In this document: one piece after another, positions 47,704 to 58,054 of the stretch
Layout of the letters: each line of letters starts with the position of its first letter
How positions within the stretch are numbered: the stretch's first letter is position 1
DNA from: Spirochaetes bacterium RBG_16_49_21
Lineage (GTDB): Bacteria; Spirochaetota; UBA4802; UBA5550
DNA: 64,000 nt
NCBI GenBank assembly: GCA_001829495.1
Contig: MIBJ01000068.1
Location: 46,560-110,559, forward strand
Reading direction: 5' to 3'
Program-made: the position numbers and the translations under genes
Notes under the pieces: model-generated
The model's database searches: none
What the model was told of the DNA's origin: nothing
What the model saw: the letters and a program-made list of their open reading frames with translations, nothing else

Positions 47704-49962
47704 ATGCTGTTTAACTGGTTTATGGAAAATTCCGGCCCGGTTTTTTTGGTTTACGGGTTGACGTATATCATCATCGCCACCGCGGTGCTGGGCCACAATA
47801 AGAAAGGAAGCGAATACGGCCTTGCGGGTGTACTGTGGCTTTTCGCCGCCTATGCCCTGCTGCACGCGCCCGGCGATTTCATCGACATGTGGCAGGCGAT
47901 TTCCCGCAATACGGATCAGGGCTTGAAGAATGTCGGCGTTTATATGACCTACCTTTCATATCTGTTTCTTTTTGAATTCGGCAGAAGGGTGCTGAAGTTA
48001 GCTTTTCCTGATTCATTGCTTCTTCGGGACTATCTGACACCCGTGGTGTCGGTCATGGTGCCGGCAGCGTCTGCGTTTTCCGGTGATTTCTGGAACAATC
48101 TCGATCCGTTCATCGGATACATTTTAAGGTTCCCGGGAGGAATCATGGCCGGCGCGGGTATAATCCTCTATTATGAGAACCTTCCGGCCTCGATGAAAGT
48201 CGTCCGCATGAGAAAATACTTTTACCTGTTCGGCATCGCCCTTGTTCTGTGGGCGGTCTTTTGCGGACTTATAAGGGCGAAGGGTTCTGTTTTTCCGTCG
48301 ACGCTCTTCAATATTGATTCGTTCTTCAGTTTTACGCATATTCCCGTGTACGTTTTCAGGTCGCTGTGCGGTCTTTCAGCCGTCTGGTCGATAATCGGCA
48401 TGTTGAATGTTTTCAACCATGAAAAGCAGATGCGCATCAAGGCTGCGCTGGACGGGGAGCGCAAGACAAGGGAATACCTCGCCAGGGTCATCGCGAATAT
48501 CACCGACCCGCTGGTTGTCACCGACGGTGCGGGCAGGATCGTGATGACGAACCGGGCCCTCGTATCGATGATCGGCCGGGAGGAAAGCGATCTCCTGGGC
48601 GATCATGTCAAATCCATCATTCACGCGGACGACTGGGAGGGAATAATTCTTCCGGTCTTCAGGTCCGGAGAGACCTTTGAAGGCGAGGTTCAATTAAGAA
48701 AGCCGGACGGAGAAAAAATACACGCGGTATATTCCATAACGCCGATCATCAACGCGGGCGACGGAAGCATCGACGGTTTTGTCGGAATCGCGAAGGAAAC
48801 AAGCATCAGGAAAAGGATCGAGGCGGCGCTTGGCTCTATGGCGCTGCAGGCCAATGCATCCGCCCGGAATCCGGATTCCCGTGACTCGTCGAACGATACC
48901 TTTCGAGTGGAAAACGTCAAGCGCAACGTGGTCGACCTGGCCCTGCTCGACTCCTACCAGTTTCTCCAGACGATCATCGACAGCGTGGACGACGAGGTGA
49001 TCGTACGAAACAGGGCGAACCGGGTGGAGATGATGAATTACGCCGCCAGGAAGCGCATGCTGGACCGCGACCGGTACGAGGCATGTTGCGTGAACGTACT
49101 TGACGGCGCCGCTTATCCCTGCGATGATTGCGGCACGGGGGACCTGGTCTCCGTCGTGAAGGCGGCGGAGAAGACGGTCTTTTTCGAAAGGAATTTCACT
49201 CTCGCGGAAAAGAAGCGGACGTTCGAGGTTTCGGCGAGCCCGCTTTTCGGCGATAACGGCGAATTCGTCGGAATCGTAGAGGTGGGAAGGGACGTGACCG
49301 AGCGAAGGGCCCTGGAGCGGGACGTCCTGAAGGTCTACGAAACGGAGCGGCAGCGCATCGGCCAGGACCTCCATGACGACCTGATGCAGAACCTGATCGG
49401 CATCGACGTGCTGCTGAAAATGGTAACGAATTCCCTGAAACAGAAAAACGCGTCCGGAGTCGTCCTTGATGAGGAGTCCGCTAGGCTGAAGGAAGTCACG
49501 CATTTCCTTGGAAATGCTGTATCGAAGTCGCGCCGCCTCGCGAGGGGATTGTGCCCTGTCGATATGAACTGCGAAGGCTTTCTGCCGGCGATCAGGCAGA
49601 TGGCCGAGGAAATCACCGGTATCTACAATATAGACTGCTCGGTGGAAATCGAGGAGGAAATGCCCGGCTTGGACGAACTGACCATGCGGCATATCTATTA
49701 TATAATCCGGGAGGCGGTCACCAACGCGGTCAAACATAGCGGCGCCACCGGAATAGATGTCGAGCTCCTGAAGGAAGGAAGCGGACTGGCAATAGCGGTG
49801 AGGGACAACGGCAACGGCTGCGGGGGAATACACGACTGCGGTAACGGGCTCGGGCTGCGCATCATGAAATATAGGGCGGACATTATCGGCGCCGAGCTTA
49901 AAATCGAGAGCGCTTCAACGGGTACCTCCGTCAAATGCCTGCTAAAAAAGCAAGACGATTGA
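47704..49962 (+). CDS. Membrane sensor histidine kinase (7-TM, two PAS domains, HisKA_3 type)
   Basis: ERQRIGQDLHDDLMQ H-box, EAVTNAVKH, DNGNG, GLGL; the second PAS has a CC..C..C cysteine cluster. Confidence 0.92.
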   Translation: MLFNWFMENSGPVFLVYGLTYIIIATAVLGHNKKGSEYGLAGVLWLFAAYALLHAPGDFIDMWQAISRNTDQGLKNVGVYMTYLSYLFLFEFGRRVLKLAFPDSLLLRDYLTPVVSVMVPAASAFSGDFWNNLDPFIGYILRFPGGIMAGAGIILYYENLPASMKVVRMRKYFYLFGIALVLWAVFCGLIRAKGSVFPSTLFNIDSFFSFTHIPVYVFRSLCGLSAVWSIIGMLNVFNHEKQMRIKAALDGERKTREYLARVIANITDPLVVTDGAGRIVMTNRALVSMIGREESDLLGDHVKSIIHADDWEGIILPVFRSGETFEGEVQLRKPDGEKIHAVYSITPIINAGDGSIDGFVGIAKETSIRKRIEAALGSMALQANASARNPDSRDSSNDTFRVENVKRNVVDLALLDSYQFLQTIIDSVDDEVIVRNRANRVEMMNYAARKRMLDRDRYEACCVNVLDGAAYPCDDCGTGDLVSVVKAAEKTVFFERNFTLAEKKRTFEVSASPLFGDNGEFVGIVEVGRDVTERRALERDVLKVYETERQRIGQDLHDDLMQNLIGIDVLLKMVTNSLKQKNASGVVLDEESARLKEVTHFLGNAVSKSRRLARGLCPVDMNCEGFLPAIRQMAEEITGIYNIDCSVEIEEEMPGLDELTMRHIYYIIREAVTNAVKHSGATGIDVELLKEGSGLAIAVRDNGNGCGGIHDCGNGLGLRIMKYRADIIGAELKIESASTGTSVKCLLKKQDD

Positions 49963-49972
49963 GGGGGCTTGC

Positions 49973-50644
49973 ATGAGCACGGTAGGAGGATTGAAAAGGA
50001 AAAAAATATTCATTGTCGACGACCATCCCGTTTTCCGATACGGGCTTTCCCAGCTCATCAACCTCGAAATGGGTATGACGGTCTGCGGCGAGGCGGATAG
50101 CGCGGAAAAGGCGCTGCCGATGATACGGGAGCTGAAGCCGGACCTCGTTATCGTCGATATCGGGCTCGAGGGGCAAAGCGGCCTTGAGCTCACGAAAGAC
50201 ATCGCCTCCCTCGGCGGGAACCTTCCGGTGCTGATCGTTTCGATGTACGACGAGACCCTGTACGCCGAGCGCGCCCTGAGGCAGGGGGCCCGCGGGTACG
50301 TCATGAAGCAGAAGACCTATGAGACCGTGATCACCGCCATCAGACGGATCCTTGAGGGCGGCATATACCTCAGCGACCAGGTCTCGGAGAAAATCATCAC
50401 AAAGGCCGTCACCGTCGGAAGCGCGAAAGAGAAAACGCCCCTCGCGGAGCTCACCGACAGAGAGATCGAGGTACTGCGCCTGATCGGAAACGGTAAGAGC
50501 ACCCGTGAAATATCGACGACCCTTAACCTGAGCGTGAATACCATCAACACCTACCGGGAGCGCATCAAGGTGAAACTCAATTTAAAAAACCACCTGGAGC
50601 TGCAGAAGTTCGCGATCCACTGGACGGATAAAAAAGAAATGTAA
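49973..50644 (+). CDS. NarL/LuxR-family response regulator
   Basis: VDDHP, DI (phospho-acceptor Asp), LTDREIEV..G.STREI HTH. Confidence 0.95.
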   Translation: MSTVGGLKRKKIFIVDDHPVFRYGLSQLINLEMGMTVCGEADSAEKALPMIRELKPDLVIVDIGLEGQSGLELTKDIASLGGNLPVLIVSMYDETLYAERALRQGARGYVMKQKTYETVITAIRRILEGGIYLSDQVSEKIITKAVTVGSAKEKTPLAELTDREIEVLRLIGNGKSTREISTTLNLSVNTINTYRERIKVKLNLKNHLELQKFAIHWTDKKEM

Positions 50645-50676
50645 TATTTATCGCCGGCTGACGCCCGCGACCCAAA

Positions 50677-50997
50677 CGGACTAATCCTTTTTCCAGCCGT
50701 CCTGTGGTCGGACGTACCACGTAATAAAAACAGAATAGACCACACAAAAATAAACAATCATGCGATTGCGTTTCCCGCCGTATCGTGTATTATACCCCCA
50801 TATCTTTGTTTAATCGCTCCTGTCAGGAGTGCGGCCCGGCCGTTTTGCCGGAATTTGATGAAAAATTTATTAATCCAACTCCAGTGTATTACGCGCCATG
50901 AGGAAGGAGGAGTCATAATGACAAAGAAAAAAACAAAGACCACGCCAACTCAACGCGACGGCGATACGTCGGCAAAAGACGCCGGAAAAAACATATC
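50677..50997 (+). repeat. ~320-bp direct repeat, copy 1 (promoter region plus first 27 codons)
   Basis: Near-identical to 55635-55957, differing by scattered substitutions and one 2-nt indel. Confidence 0.95.
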
Positions 50998-51802
50998 GGT
51001 TTTGGATCGAAAAGATTTTATTTCCAAACTTTTTAAGACGGGAGCCGGAACTCTGGCCACAACTATTGTAGGAAACGGAATGCTCAAATCCGTCTCTTCG
51101 CTGTATGCACAAAGCAAAGATAACAGAGCCGTTAAAAGAAAATTCCGCTACGGGATGGTCATTGATACCCGCCGTTGTGTAGGCTGCCGTTCTTGTGTGT
51201 TAGCTTGCAAGGCAGAAAACAAGACGCCATCAGGTGTTTCTTACACGGTTGTATTTGAAGAAATTTTAGAAAACCGTCCCAATGACAAACCGGTTTTTAT
51301 GACTAAACCTTGTTTTCATTGTGAACATCCTCCCTGCACAGATGTTTGTCCTGTTTCTGCAACATTCAAGCGAGAACGGGATGGAATTGTTGTTGTGGAT
51401 TATGAGAGATGTATCGGATGTCGCTATTGTATGACTGCTTGTCCTTATTCAGCACGCTGGTTTGATTTTGGTGAAAATTATCCTGCTATTGAACAAAATA
51501 CTCCCTGGGCTCAGGTTCCTTCTCCCGAGTACAAACAATTCAGAAAAAGGAAAAACAAACAATCTCCTGTTGGAAATGTTCGTAAATGTACATTTTGCTT
51601 ACATCTTCAGGATGAGGAGGGTAAATACAATAAAGAAGAAGGGCGCTGGCCGGCTTGCGCTAAAACCTGTACAGGAAAAGCCATTCACTTTGGAGATCTT
51701 AATGATCCAAACAGCGAAGTCACTGTTCTGCTTCGTGAACGGCAGTATATGCGTTTAAAGGAAGAACTCGGTACAAGCCCTAATTGTTATTATCTAATAT
51801 AG
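50918..51802 (+). CDS. 4Fe-4S electron-transfer subunit (PsrB/TtrB/DsrO-like), operon 1
   Basis: CVGCRSCVLAC, CFHCEHPPC..VCP, CIGCRYCMTACP, KCTFC..PAC..TC; Tat-like DRKDFI. Confidence 0.92.
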   Translation: MTKKKTKTTPTQRDGDTSAKDAGKNISVLDRKDFISKLFKTGAGTLATTIVGNGMLKSVSSLYAQSKDNRAVKRKFRYGMVIDTRRCVGCRSCVLACKAENKTPSGVSYTVVFEEILENRPNDKPVFMTKPCFHCEHPPCTDVCPVSATFKRERDGIVVVDYERCIGCRYCMTACPYSARWFDFGENYPAIEQNTPWAQVPSPEYKQFRKRKNKQSPVGNVRKCTFCLHLQDEEGKYNKEEGRWPACAKTCTGKAIHFGDLNDPNSEVTVLLRERQYMRLKEELGTSPNCYYLI

Positions 51803-51813
51803 TGGAGATAAAA

Positions 51814-53076
51814 ATGAGCTTACTACAGGAATATTTTAATGACAGAAATAAAGTTGTGAAAAACCTTAAGCTGATTTTCTGGACTGCCTGTGCACTTTCA
51901 TTGCTTATCGGTTTTTACGGCTGGTTTGTAAGAATTGTTGACGGGCATATTAAAGCGAATTACGGAAGCATTGTTACCTGGGGATTATGGGTTGCCGGAT
52001 ATATTTATTTTATCGGGCTTTCCGCAGGTTCATTTCTTGTGTCATCTCTCGTTTATGTCTTTAACTACAAAAAGTTTGAACGAATCGGGAAACTGGCCGT
52101 ATTTACTGCACTTGTTACTTTATTGATGGCTTTACTCTCTATCTGGGCAGATCTCGGTCATATGGGAAGAGCATGGCATGTAATAGTTTTTCCCAACTTT
52201 AAATCCCCGATGGCATGGATGATTTATCTTTATTCCCTTTATATGCTTCTGATTGCTGTTGAAATTTACTTTCTGCTGCGATATGATTTTGCAACTGGTG
52301 CTAACAATTCAACATTTAAAGGAAAAATATATAAACTTCTTTCTCTTGGTTCTAAAGATTCTACTGAAGAATCAAAGCAGCGAGATAAAAAAGTTGTCAA
52401 ACGATTAGCTACCGCAGGAATTCCGATTGCGATTTTATTTCATGGCGGCGTTGGCGCTTTATTCGGAGTTGTATCAGCGCGTCCGCACTGGCATAGCGGC
52501 TTATTCCCCATCTTATTTTTACTATCGGCTTTAGTCAGCGGCGGAGCTTTATTAACATTGATTTCATCAATCTTTCAGCAAGGGTGGTCTAAAAATAAGG
52601 GTGTTATTATAGAACTCGGTAAAATGGTTTTAGCCTTACTTTTATTAGATGTTTTATTTCAGGTATCGGAGTTTCTTGTAGCATACAGAGGCGGAATCCC
52701 CGGCCACACTGCGGGATTCGATCTGGTTCTATCCGGTCCCTACGCATGGGTTTTCTGGGGATGGCAGGGTTTAATAGGAACGGTTATCCCTATCCTTCTT
52801 CTAATCTTCCCGACAAGGAAATCTCCCCTCTGGGTCGCGCTTGCCGGGTTATTAATTGCGGCGGGAATTTTCGGACTTCGGCTCAATATTGTAATTCCGG
52901 GGCTGGCAGTTGAAGAAATTCACGGGTTAACATCCGCTATTTATTCTCACAGAGTAGATCCTCATTACTTTCCGAGTATTTCCGAGTGGGCGCTTACTAT
53001 GGGAATAGTCGGTTTTGGAATGCTTCTGTTTGGACTTGGAGAATATTTCCTTCCTAAACATGAAGAAAAAACATGA
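51814..53076 (+). CDS. NrfD/PsrC-family quinol-interacting membrane subunit, operon 1
   Basis: WGLWVAGYIYFIGLSAG, DLGH, SPMAW, ARPHW. Confidence 0.92.
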   Translation: MSLLQEYFNDRNKVVKNLKLIFWTACALSLLIGFYGWFVRIVDGHIKANYGSIVTWGLWVAGYIYFIGLSAGSFLVSSLVYVFNYKKFERIGKLAVFTALVTLLMALLSIWADLGHMGRAWHVIVFPNFKSPMAWMIYLYSLYMLLIAVEIYFLLRYDFATGANNSTFKGKIYKLLSLGSKDSTEESKQRDKKVVKRLATAGIPIAILFHGGVGALFGVVSARPHWHSGLFPILFLLSALVSGGALLTLISSIFQQGWSKNKGVIIELGKMVLALLLLDVLFQVSEFLVAYRGGIPGHTAGFDLVLSGPYAWVFWGWQGLIGTVIPILLLIFPTRKSPLWVALAGLLIAAGIFGLRLNIVIPGLAVEEIHGLTSAIYSHRVDPHYFPSISEWALTMGIVGFGMLLFGLGEYFLPKHEEKT

Positions 53077-53130
53077 AAAAAATGAAACCGGATTATTATC
53101 AAAACCGCAATCTTAAGGAGTGGAATACAA

Positions 53131-55632
53131 ATGGCTTATATATTTGATGAAAAAATCGGAAGAAGAAAATTTATTAAAGGTTTAATAGCAACAGCCGCCG
53201 GCGCCACTGTATTGGGTGGTACCGGCTGCGCAACCTACGGTTCGAAAGAAAGAGCATTAAAAACAAACGCGGCCGGATTAAAGGAATGGGGCCGCCGGTC
53301 CGGCGAATGGATTCCCTCCTGCTGTAGTATGTGCGGCGGTCAATCCGGCATTTTAGTTCACGTTGTAAACGGCGTTGTCGAAAAAATTGAACCCAATCAT
53401 TGGAATCCGAATAACTATTCTAATGTTTCAGATGATTTCTTTAATGGATATACGAAAGAATATGGTTGCCTGGAAGGCGGCGCCATTTGTCCTAAAGGTC
53501 ATGCCGGAATTATGGCCCTGTATGATCCGGACAGAATAAAAAACCCATTGAAAAGAAAAAATCCCGAACGAGGTTTGGATATTGATCCTCAATGGGAAGA
53601 AATATCCTGGGAACAATCCCTTAATGAAATATCATCTAAATTAAAAAAACTAAAAGATAACCGTGAAGCGCATAAATTACTCTGGATGAGTGAAGACCAT
53701 TCGTTCACGCACATTCAGGCGGATTTTTGCAAACTGTACGGTACGCCGAATTATTCCATGCATTCCAACCTTTGTGATGTAGCCAGAAAAGCCTCGTTCA
53801 AAACAGTGATGGGAGACGAAAGACCGTTAGCGGATTTTATTCATTCAAAATACATTTTACTCTTTGGCTGGAACCCAACGAGCGCAATCAAATGGGTTTA
53901 TCTTCCCCGTATTTTAACAAGAGCAATTGAAAGAGGTGCGCGGCTTGTGGTTGTTGACCCATATCTATCTGATACGGCGGCAAAAGGACACGACTGGCTG
54001 GCGATCAAACCGGGAACCGACGGAGCGCTTGCGCTTGCCCTGGCTCACTGCATTATCAGAGACAAATTGTATAATAAAGATTTCATTACGAAATGGACAG
54101 TCGGTTTTAATCAATACGCCGATTATGTAAAAGACAAAACTCCCGAATGGGCAGAAAAGATTACGGGTATACCCGCAAATAAAATGGAGGAAGTCGCCCG
54201 CGATCTGGCAACAATAAAACCGGCCTGTGTTGATGCCTGGAGCGGACCCGGCCAGCATACAAACGGCGTTCAGGGCGGCAGAGCAATAGCCCTTCTTACC
54301 GCGCTAATCGGAGGATATGACAGACCGGGTACTCTGCTAATCCCCAACACAGGCGGTAATAAGCATATAGAGGTTGAACCGGATGAATCTGCTAAACAAA
54401 CTTTGAAAATGCCCCGCTTCGATGAACTTAATAAATTTCCGCTTGGACATAAATCCGGCGTCTATACACAAATATTTAATAACATTGTTAACGGTAAAGG
54501 ACCTTATGGCGCAAAGATGCTCTTTTGTGTTTTCCAAAATCCCGTTATGAGTGTTCCCGGTGGAACTAAGACCGTTGCAGAGGCATTCAGTAAACTGGAA
54601 ATGAGCGTTGTGATTGATACAATGATGAGTGAAACGGCATTGCTTGCCGATTATGTTTTACCCGGCACCGTGTATCTCGAAAGATACGATCTGAACACAC
54701 ACTGGGTAACCTGGCCCGCTCTCGGCTTACGGCAGCCCGTGGTTAAACCTTTATTCAACCAGCTCGCTGAATATGAAACCGTTACGGCTCTTGGAAGAAA
54801 ATTAAAATTAACCTCCAAAGACGGGAAAAAAAATTTTGAGGTTAGTCCGTTAACCGGCGGTAAAGTTGAGAACCTGACGAAATGGTATGAAGATTATCTT
54901 TCCAAAGAATTACTTGAAGGTAAACCCAAAATAACTCTTGAACAATTAAAAGAATTGCCCGGCGCGGTCTGGTTCGATAAAAAAGGAACTGAATACGAAA
55001 AATATGCAAAAGAAATTCCTGCCGAAAAACTTGGAAACGCTTATTATGACGGTCGAGCAATTTATGATAAACCAAAAAATAAAGGCGGCAAGAGAATCGG
55101 AACAATTATTAATGGCAGGGCAGTTCGCGGGTTCTTCACCAATTCAGGTAAAGTAGAATTTTATTCCGAATCATTGGCTAAAAAGAAGGATGCAATTGGA
55201 AATTCAATTGATCCTTTACCTGTGTACAAGCCAAGAGATTGGCAGCCCGATGATAATTATCCTCTGTACTTAATTAACTGGAAGGAAGCCAGCCACACGC
55301 ATACGCGAACTCAGAACAATTCCTGGTTATTGGAAATAAAAGGTTACAATCCTATAATCATGAATCCGGCAACAGCAGCGAAATATGGAATTGAAGATGG
55401 CGATGAAATCTGGCTCGAATCCCCTCATGGAAAAGTAAAAGGCAAGGTTAAATTGACTGAGAGAATACATCCGGAAGTAATCGGCGCTCAGCACGGATTC
55501 GGACATGAAGCTTTAGGAAAAAATGCCAGAGGCACCGGAACAAATACGGGAATTCTGAACATCACAAAGAGTGATCCTCTTTCGGGTATGGCTGTGCACA
55601 AGGAAATCTGTGTTAAAGTCTATAAAGCCTAA
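53131..55632 (+). CDS. Mo/W-bisPGD oxidoreductase catalytic subunit, Psr/Phs/Arr-superclade-like, substrate unknown
   Basis: Tat motif RRKFIKG plus lipobox GGTGC; CCSMCGGQS...ICPKG FS0 region; HSNLC Mo-ligand region; ADYVLPGTVYLER; C-terminal MGD-binding domain. Confidence 0.9.
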   Translation: MAYIFDEKIGRRKFIKGLIATAAGATVLGGTGCATYGSKERALKTNAAGLKEWGRRSGEWIPSCCSMCGGQSGILVHVVNGVVEKIEPNHWNPNNYSNVSDDFFNGYTKEYGCLEGGAICPKGHAGIMALYDPDRIKNPLKRKNPERGLDIDPQWEEISWEQSLNEISSKLKKLKDNREAHKLLWMSEDHSFTHIQADFCKLYGTPNYSMHSNLCDVARKASFKTVMGDERPLADFIHSKYILLFGWNPTSAIKWVYLPRILTRAIERGARLVVVDPYLSDTAAKGHDWLAIKPGTDGALALALAHCIIRDKLYNKDFITKWTVGFNQYADYVKDKTPEWAEKITGIPANKMEEVARDLATIKPACVDAWSGPGQHTNGVQGGRAIALLTALIGGYDRPGTLLIPNTGGNKHIEVEPDESAKQTLKMPRFDELNKFPLGHKSGVYTQIFNNIVNGKGPYGAKMLFCVFQNPVMSVPGGTKTVAEAFSKLEMSVVIDTMMSETALLADYVLPGTVYLERYDLNTHWVTWPALGLRQPVVKPLFNQLAEYETVTALGRKLKLTSKDGKKNFEVSPLTGGKVENLTKWYEDYLSKELLEGKPKITLEQLKELPGAVWFDKKGTEYEKYAKEIPAEKLGNAYYDGRAIYDKPKNKGGKRIGTIINGRAVRGFFTNSGKVEFYSESLAKKKDAIGNSIDPLPVYKPRDWQPDDNYPLYLINWKEASHTHTRTQNNSWLLEIKGYNPIIMNPATAAKYGIEDGDEIWLESPHGKVKGKVKLTERIHPEVIGAQHGFGHEALGKNARGTGTNTGILNITKSDPLSGMAVHKEICVKVYKA

Positions 55633-55634
55633 CC

Positions 55635-55957
55635 CGGACTAATCCTTTTTCCAGCCGCCCTGTGGTCGGACGACCCACGTAATAAAAACAGAATAGACCA
55701 CACAAAAATAAACAATCATGCGATTGCGTTTCCCGCCGTATCGTGTAATATACCTTAATATCTTTGTTTAATCGCTTTTCCGTCAGGAGTGCGGCCCGGC
55801 CGTTTTGCCGGAATTTGATGAAAAATTTATTAATCCAATTACACTGTATGACGCGCCATGAGTAAGGAGGAGTCATAATGACAAAGAAAAAAACAAAGAC
55901 CACGCCAACGCAACGCGACGGCGATATGTCGGCAAAAGACGCCGGAAAAAACATATC
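55635..55957 (+). repeat. ~320-bp direct repeat, copy 2
   Basis: Begins 2 nt after the operon-1 stop; matches 50677-50997. Confidence 0.95.
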
Positions 55958-56843
55958 ACCGGAAGAAGCGTATTCCTTTTCGCCGGTCGACAGGAAGCGC
56001 GCCATTTCGCTGATCGGCGCTGCAATAGGCCTTGGAGCTATTTCCACAATCATATCGCGAATCGTCCCGCCCCCGGCCGTTCCGGAGGGGGACGGCACCA
56101 TCCGTAATCTCCCCCAACTGAAGAGCGGGGGAACGGAAGGCAATTCCGATAACCTTATCCGGATGCAAAACGAGCTGCGCCGGGCCATGGCGAAACCGAT
56201 GGAGAGCCGGCGCTGGCTCATGGTAATCGACACCAGAAAATGCGTGGGCTGCCATGCCTGCACGGTGGCGTGCATGGCGGAGAACAGGCTCCCGCCGGGG
56301 GTCGTGTATCGTCCGGTCATTACCGACCAGCAGGGAAGGTATCCCCGGCAGATAACCCGTTTTTTCCCCCGTCCCTGTATGCAGTGCGACAATCCGTCCT
56401 GCGTGCCGGTATGTCCGGTCCGGGCCACCTGGAAGCGGCCCGACGGCGTGGTCATCGTCGATTATGACAAGTGCATAGGGTGCCGGTACTGCCTCACGGC
56501 GTGCCCTTACGGCGCGCGCACCAGCGATTTCGGCAGCTATTACACGGAGCATACGCCGGAGATACAGCCATACGAACAACAGCCGACAAATGAATACAAC
56601 AAGTCGTGGAGCCGCGAGGACCACGGCTCGCCCGTGGGCAACGCGCGCAAGTGCCACTTCTGCCTCCACCGGCTCGAGCAGGGTCTGCTGCCCCAGTGCG
56701 TCAGCACCTGCATCGGGCGGGCGAACTATTTCGGCGACGCCAATGACGCTACCAGTCTCGCGGCGGAAATGGCGAGGTCCGGCAATCAGGTCAGGCTGCT
56801 TGAAGAGAAGGGCACAAAGCCTTCGGTTATCTATCTTGTGTGA
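55878..56843 (+). CDS. 4Fe-4S subunit (TtrB/SrdB-like), operon 2
   Basis: [49 protein letters not shown]. Confidence 0.92.
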   Translation: MTKKKTKTTPTQRDGDMSAKDAGKNISPEEAYSFSPVDRKRAISLIGAAIGLGAISTIISRIVPPPAVPEGDGTIRNLPQLKSGGTEGNSDNLIRMQNELRRAMAKPMESRRWLMVIDTRKCVGCHACTVACMAENRLPPGVVYRPVITDQQGRYPRQITRFFPRPCMQCDNPSCVPVCPVRATWKRPDGVVIVDYDKCIGCRYCLTACPYGARTSDFGSYYTEHTPEIQPYEQQPTNEYNKSWSREDHGSPVGNARKCHFCLHRLEQGLLPQCVSTCIGRANYFGDANDATSLAAEMARSGNQVRLLEEKGTKPSVIYLV

Positions 56844-56851
56844 GGTGCGTA

Positions 56852-58054
56852 ATGATAGAAAAACTTGGATCATTAATCGAAAGATTTAAAAAGGAAACGC
56901 TTATCAATAAGCTTAAAATGCTGTGGCTTCTTTTCTTTATTCCCGGCCTCACCGGCATAATAATTAGGGCCGTCTCCGGCGAGCGCCTGGCAGGATACGG
57001 GAGCTATGTCCCCTGGGGACTCTGGATCGCCGTGTATTTCCATGCCGTCGGCATATCGGGCGGCGCCTTCGCCGTTGGCGTTATCGGCTACCTGCGGGGC
57101 GTGCGGGGGCTTAAGGAAAACCTGAGGACCACCCTGATCGTTTCGGCAGTGAGCCTCATGACGGGACTCCTGGCGATCTGGCTCGACCTCGGGCGTCCCT
57201 TCAGGGCGTACAAGATTCTTGTCTCTCCGAACTTCGGCTCCATGCTCGATTTCAACGCCTGGATGTACGGTATTTTCCTGGCCCTTGTGGGATTGGTTTT
57301 TTACCTGAGCCTCAATAAAAGCGGCGAGGAAAAAACGAATGACCGCAGCGGATGGCTGGTGCCGATTCTTTCGCTGGGCGTTTTCCTGTCAATTGCCTAC
57401 CCCAGCCAGAGCGGCGCATTTTTCGGCGTCGTGGACGCAAAGCCCTTTTGGAGCTCCGCCATCCTCCCCGTACTTTTCCTCACCTCGGCCGTGACCTCCG
57501 GCGCGTCCGCCATGCTCCTCGTTCACTATTACCTGCTCGGCGATTCGGCGAATTCCGCGGGCCCTGATGAAGAACCGTTCCCCTATCTCCGCAAAATCAT
57601 CCTGGCGGGCATAGTCGTCTATTTCCTGGGCGAGTTCAGCGAGTACAGCCTGGCGCTCTGGTCGCCCATATCGCACATCAAGGAAACCATTTTGCTGATT
57701 ATGTTCGGCCGCTTCTGGTGGGTGTTCTGGATAATCCACATAGGCGGCGCGCTGGCGGGCTTTTATTTGTTGTTCAGGTCCCGGTCCCTTAACCGGCTGG
57801 CGGCGGGGGCGCTGATCATCGTGACGTCGTTTATATCGACCCGGTTGAATATACTCATACCGGGACAGTCCATTCCCGAGATCAGGGGCCTTAACGAGGC
57901 GTTCACCCATCCCCGTCTCAGCTTCAGCTATACGCCGACGGCGGTCGAGTATCTTGTCGCCCTGTTCGTGATCTCCTTCGGCCTGGCCCTGTTTCATTTC
58001 AGCCGGCGGTTACTCGCGACTTTTATTGAAAAAAACAACGGGAGGCGTCAATGA
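56852..58054 (+). CDS. NrfD/PsrC-family membrane subunit, operon 2
   Basis: VPWGLWIAVYF, DLGRP, KPFW. Confidence 0.9.
   Translation: MIEKLGSLIERFKKETLINKLKMLWLLFFIPGLTGIIIRAVSGERLAGYGSYVPWGLWIAVYFHAVGISGGAFAVGVIGYLRGVRGLKENLRTTLIVSAVSLMTGLLAIWLDLGRPFRAYKILVSPNFGSMLDFNAWMYGIFLALVGLVFYLSLNKSGEEKTNDRSGWLVPILSLGVFLSIAYPSQSGAFFGVVDAKPFWSSAILPVLFLTSAVTSGASAMLLVHYYLLGDSANSAGPDEEPFPYLRKIILAGIVVYFLGEFSEYSLALWSPISHIKETILLIMFGRFWWVFWIIHIGGALAGFYLLFRSRSLNRLAAGALIIVTSFISTRLNILIPGQSIPEIRGLNEAFTHPRLSFSYTPTAVEYLVALFVISFGLALFHFSRRLLATFIEKNNGRRQ

Noticed and set aside
53131-55632. Calling operon 1 arrA or arxA
   Set aside because: The (R/K)GRY and GRGWG signatures are absent; only superclade-level similarity is supported.
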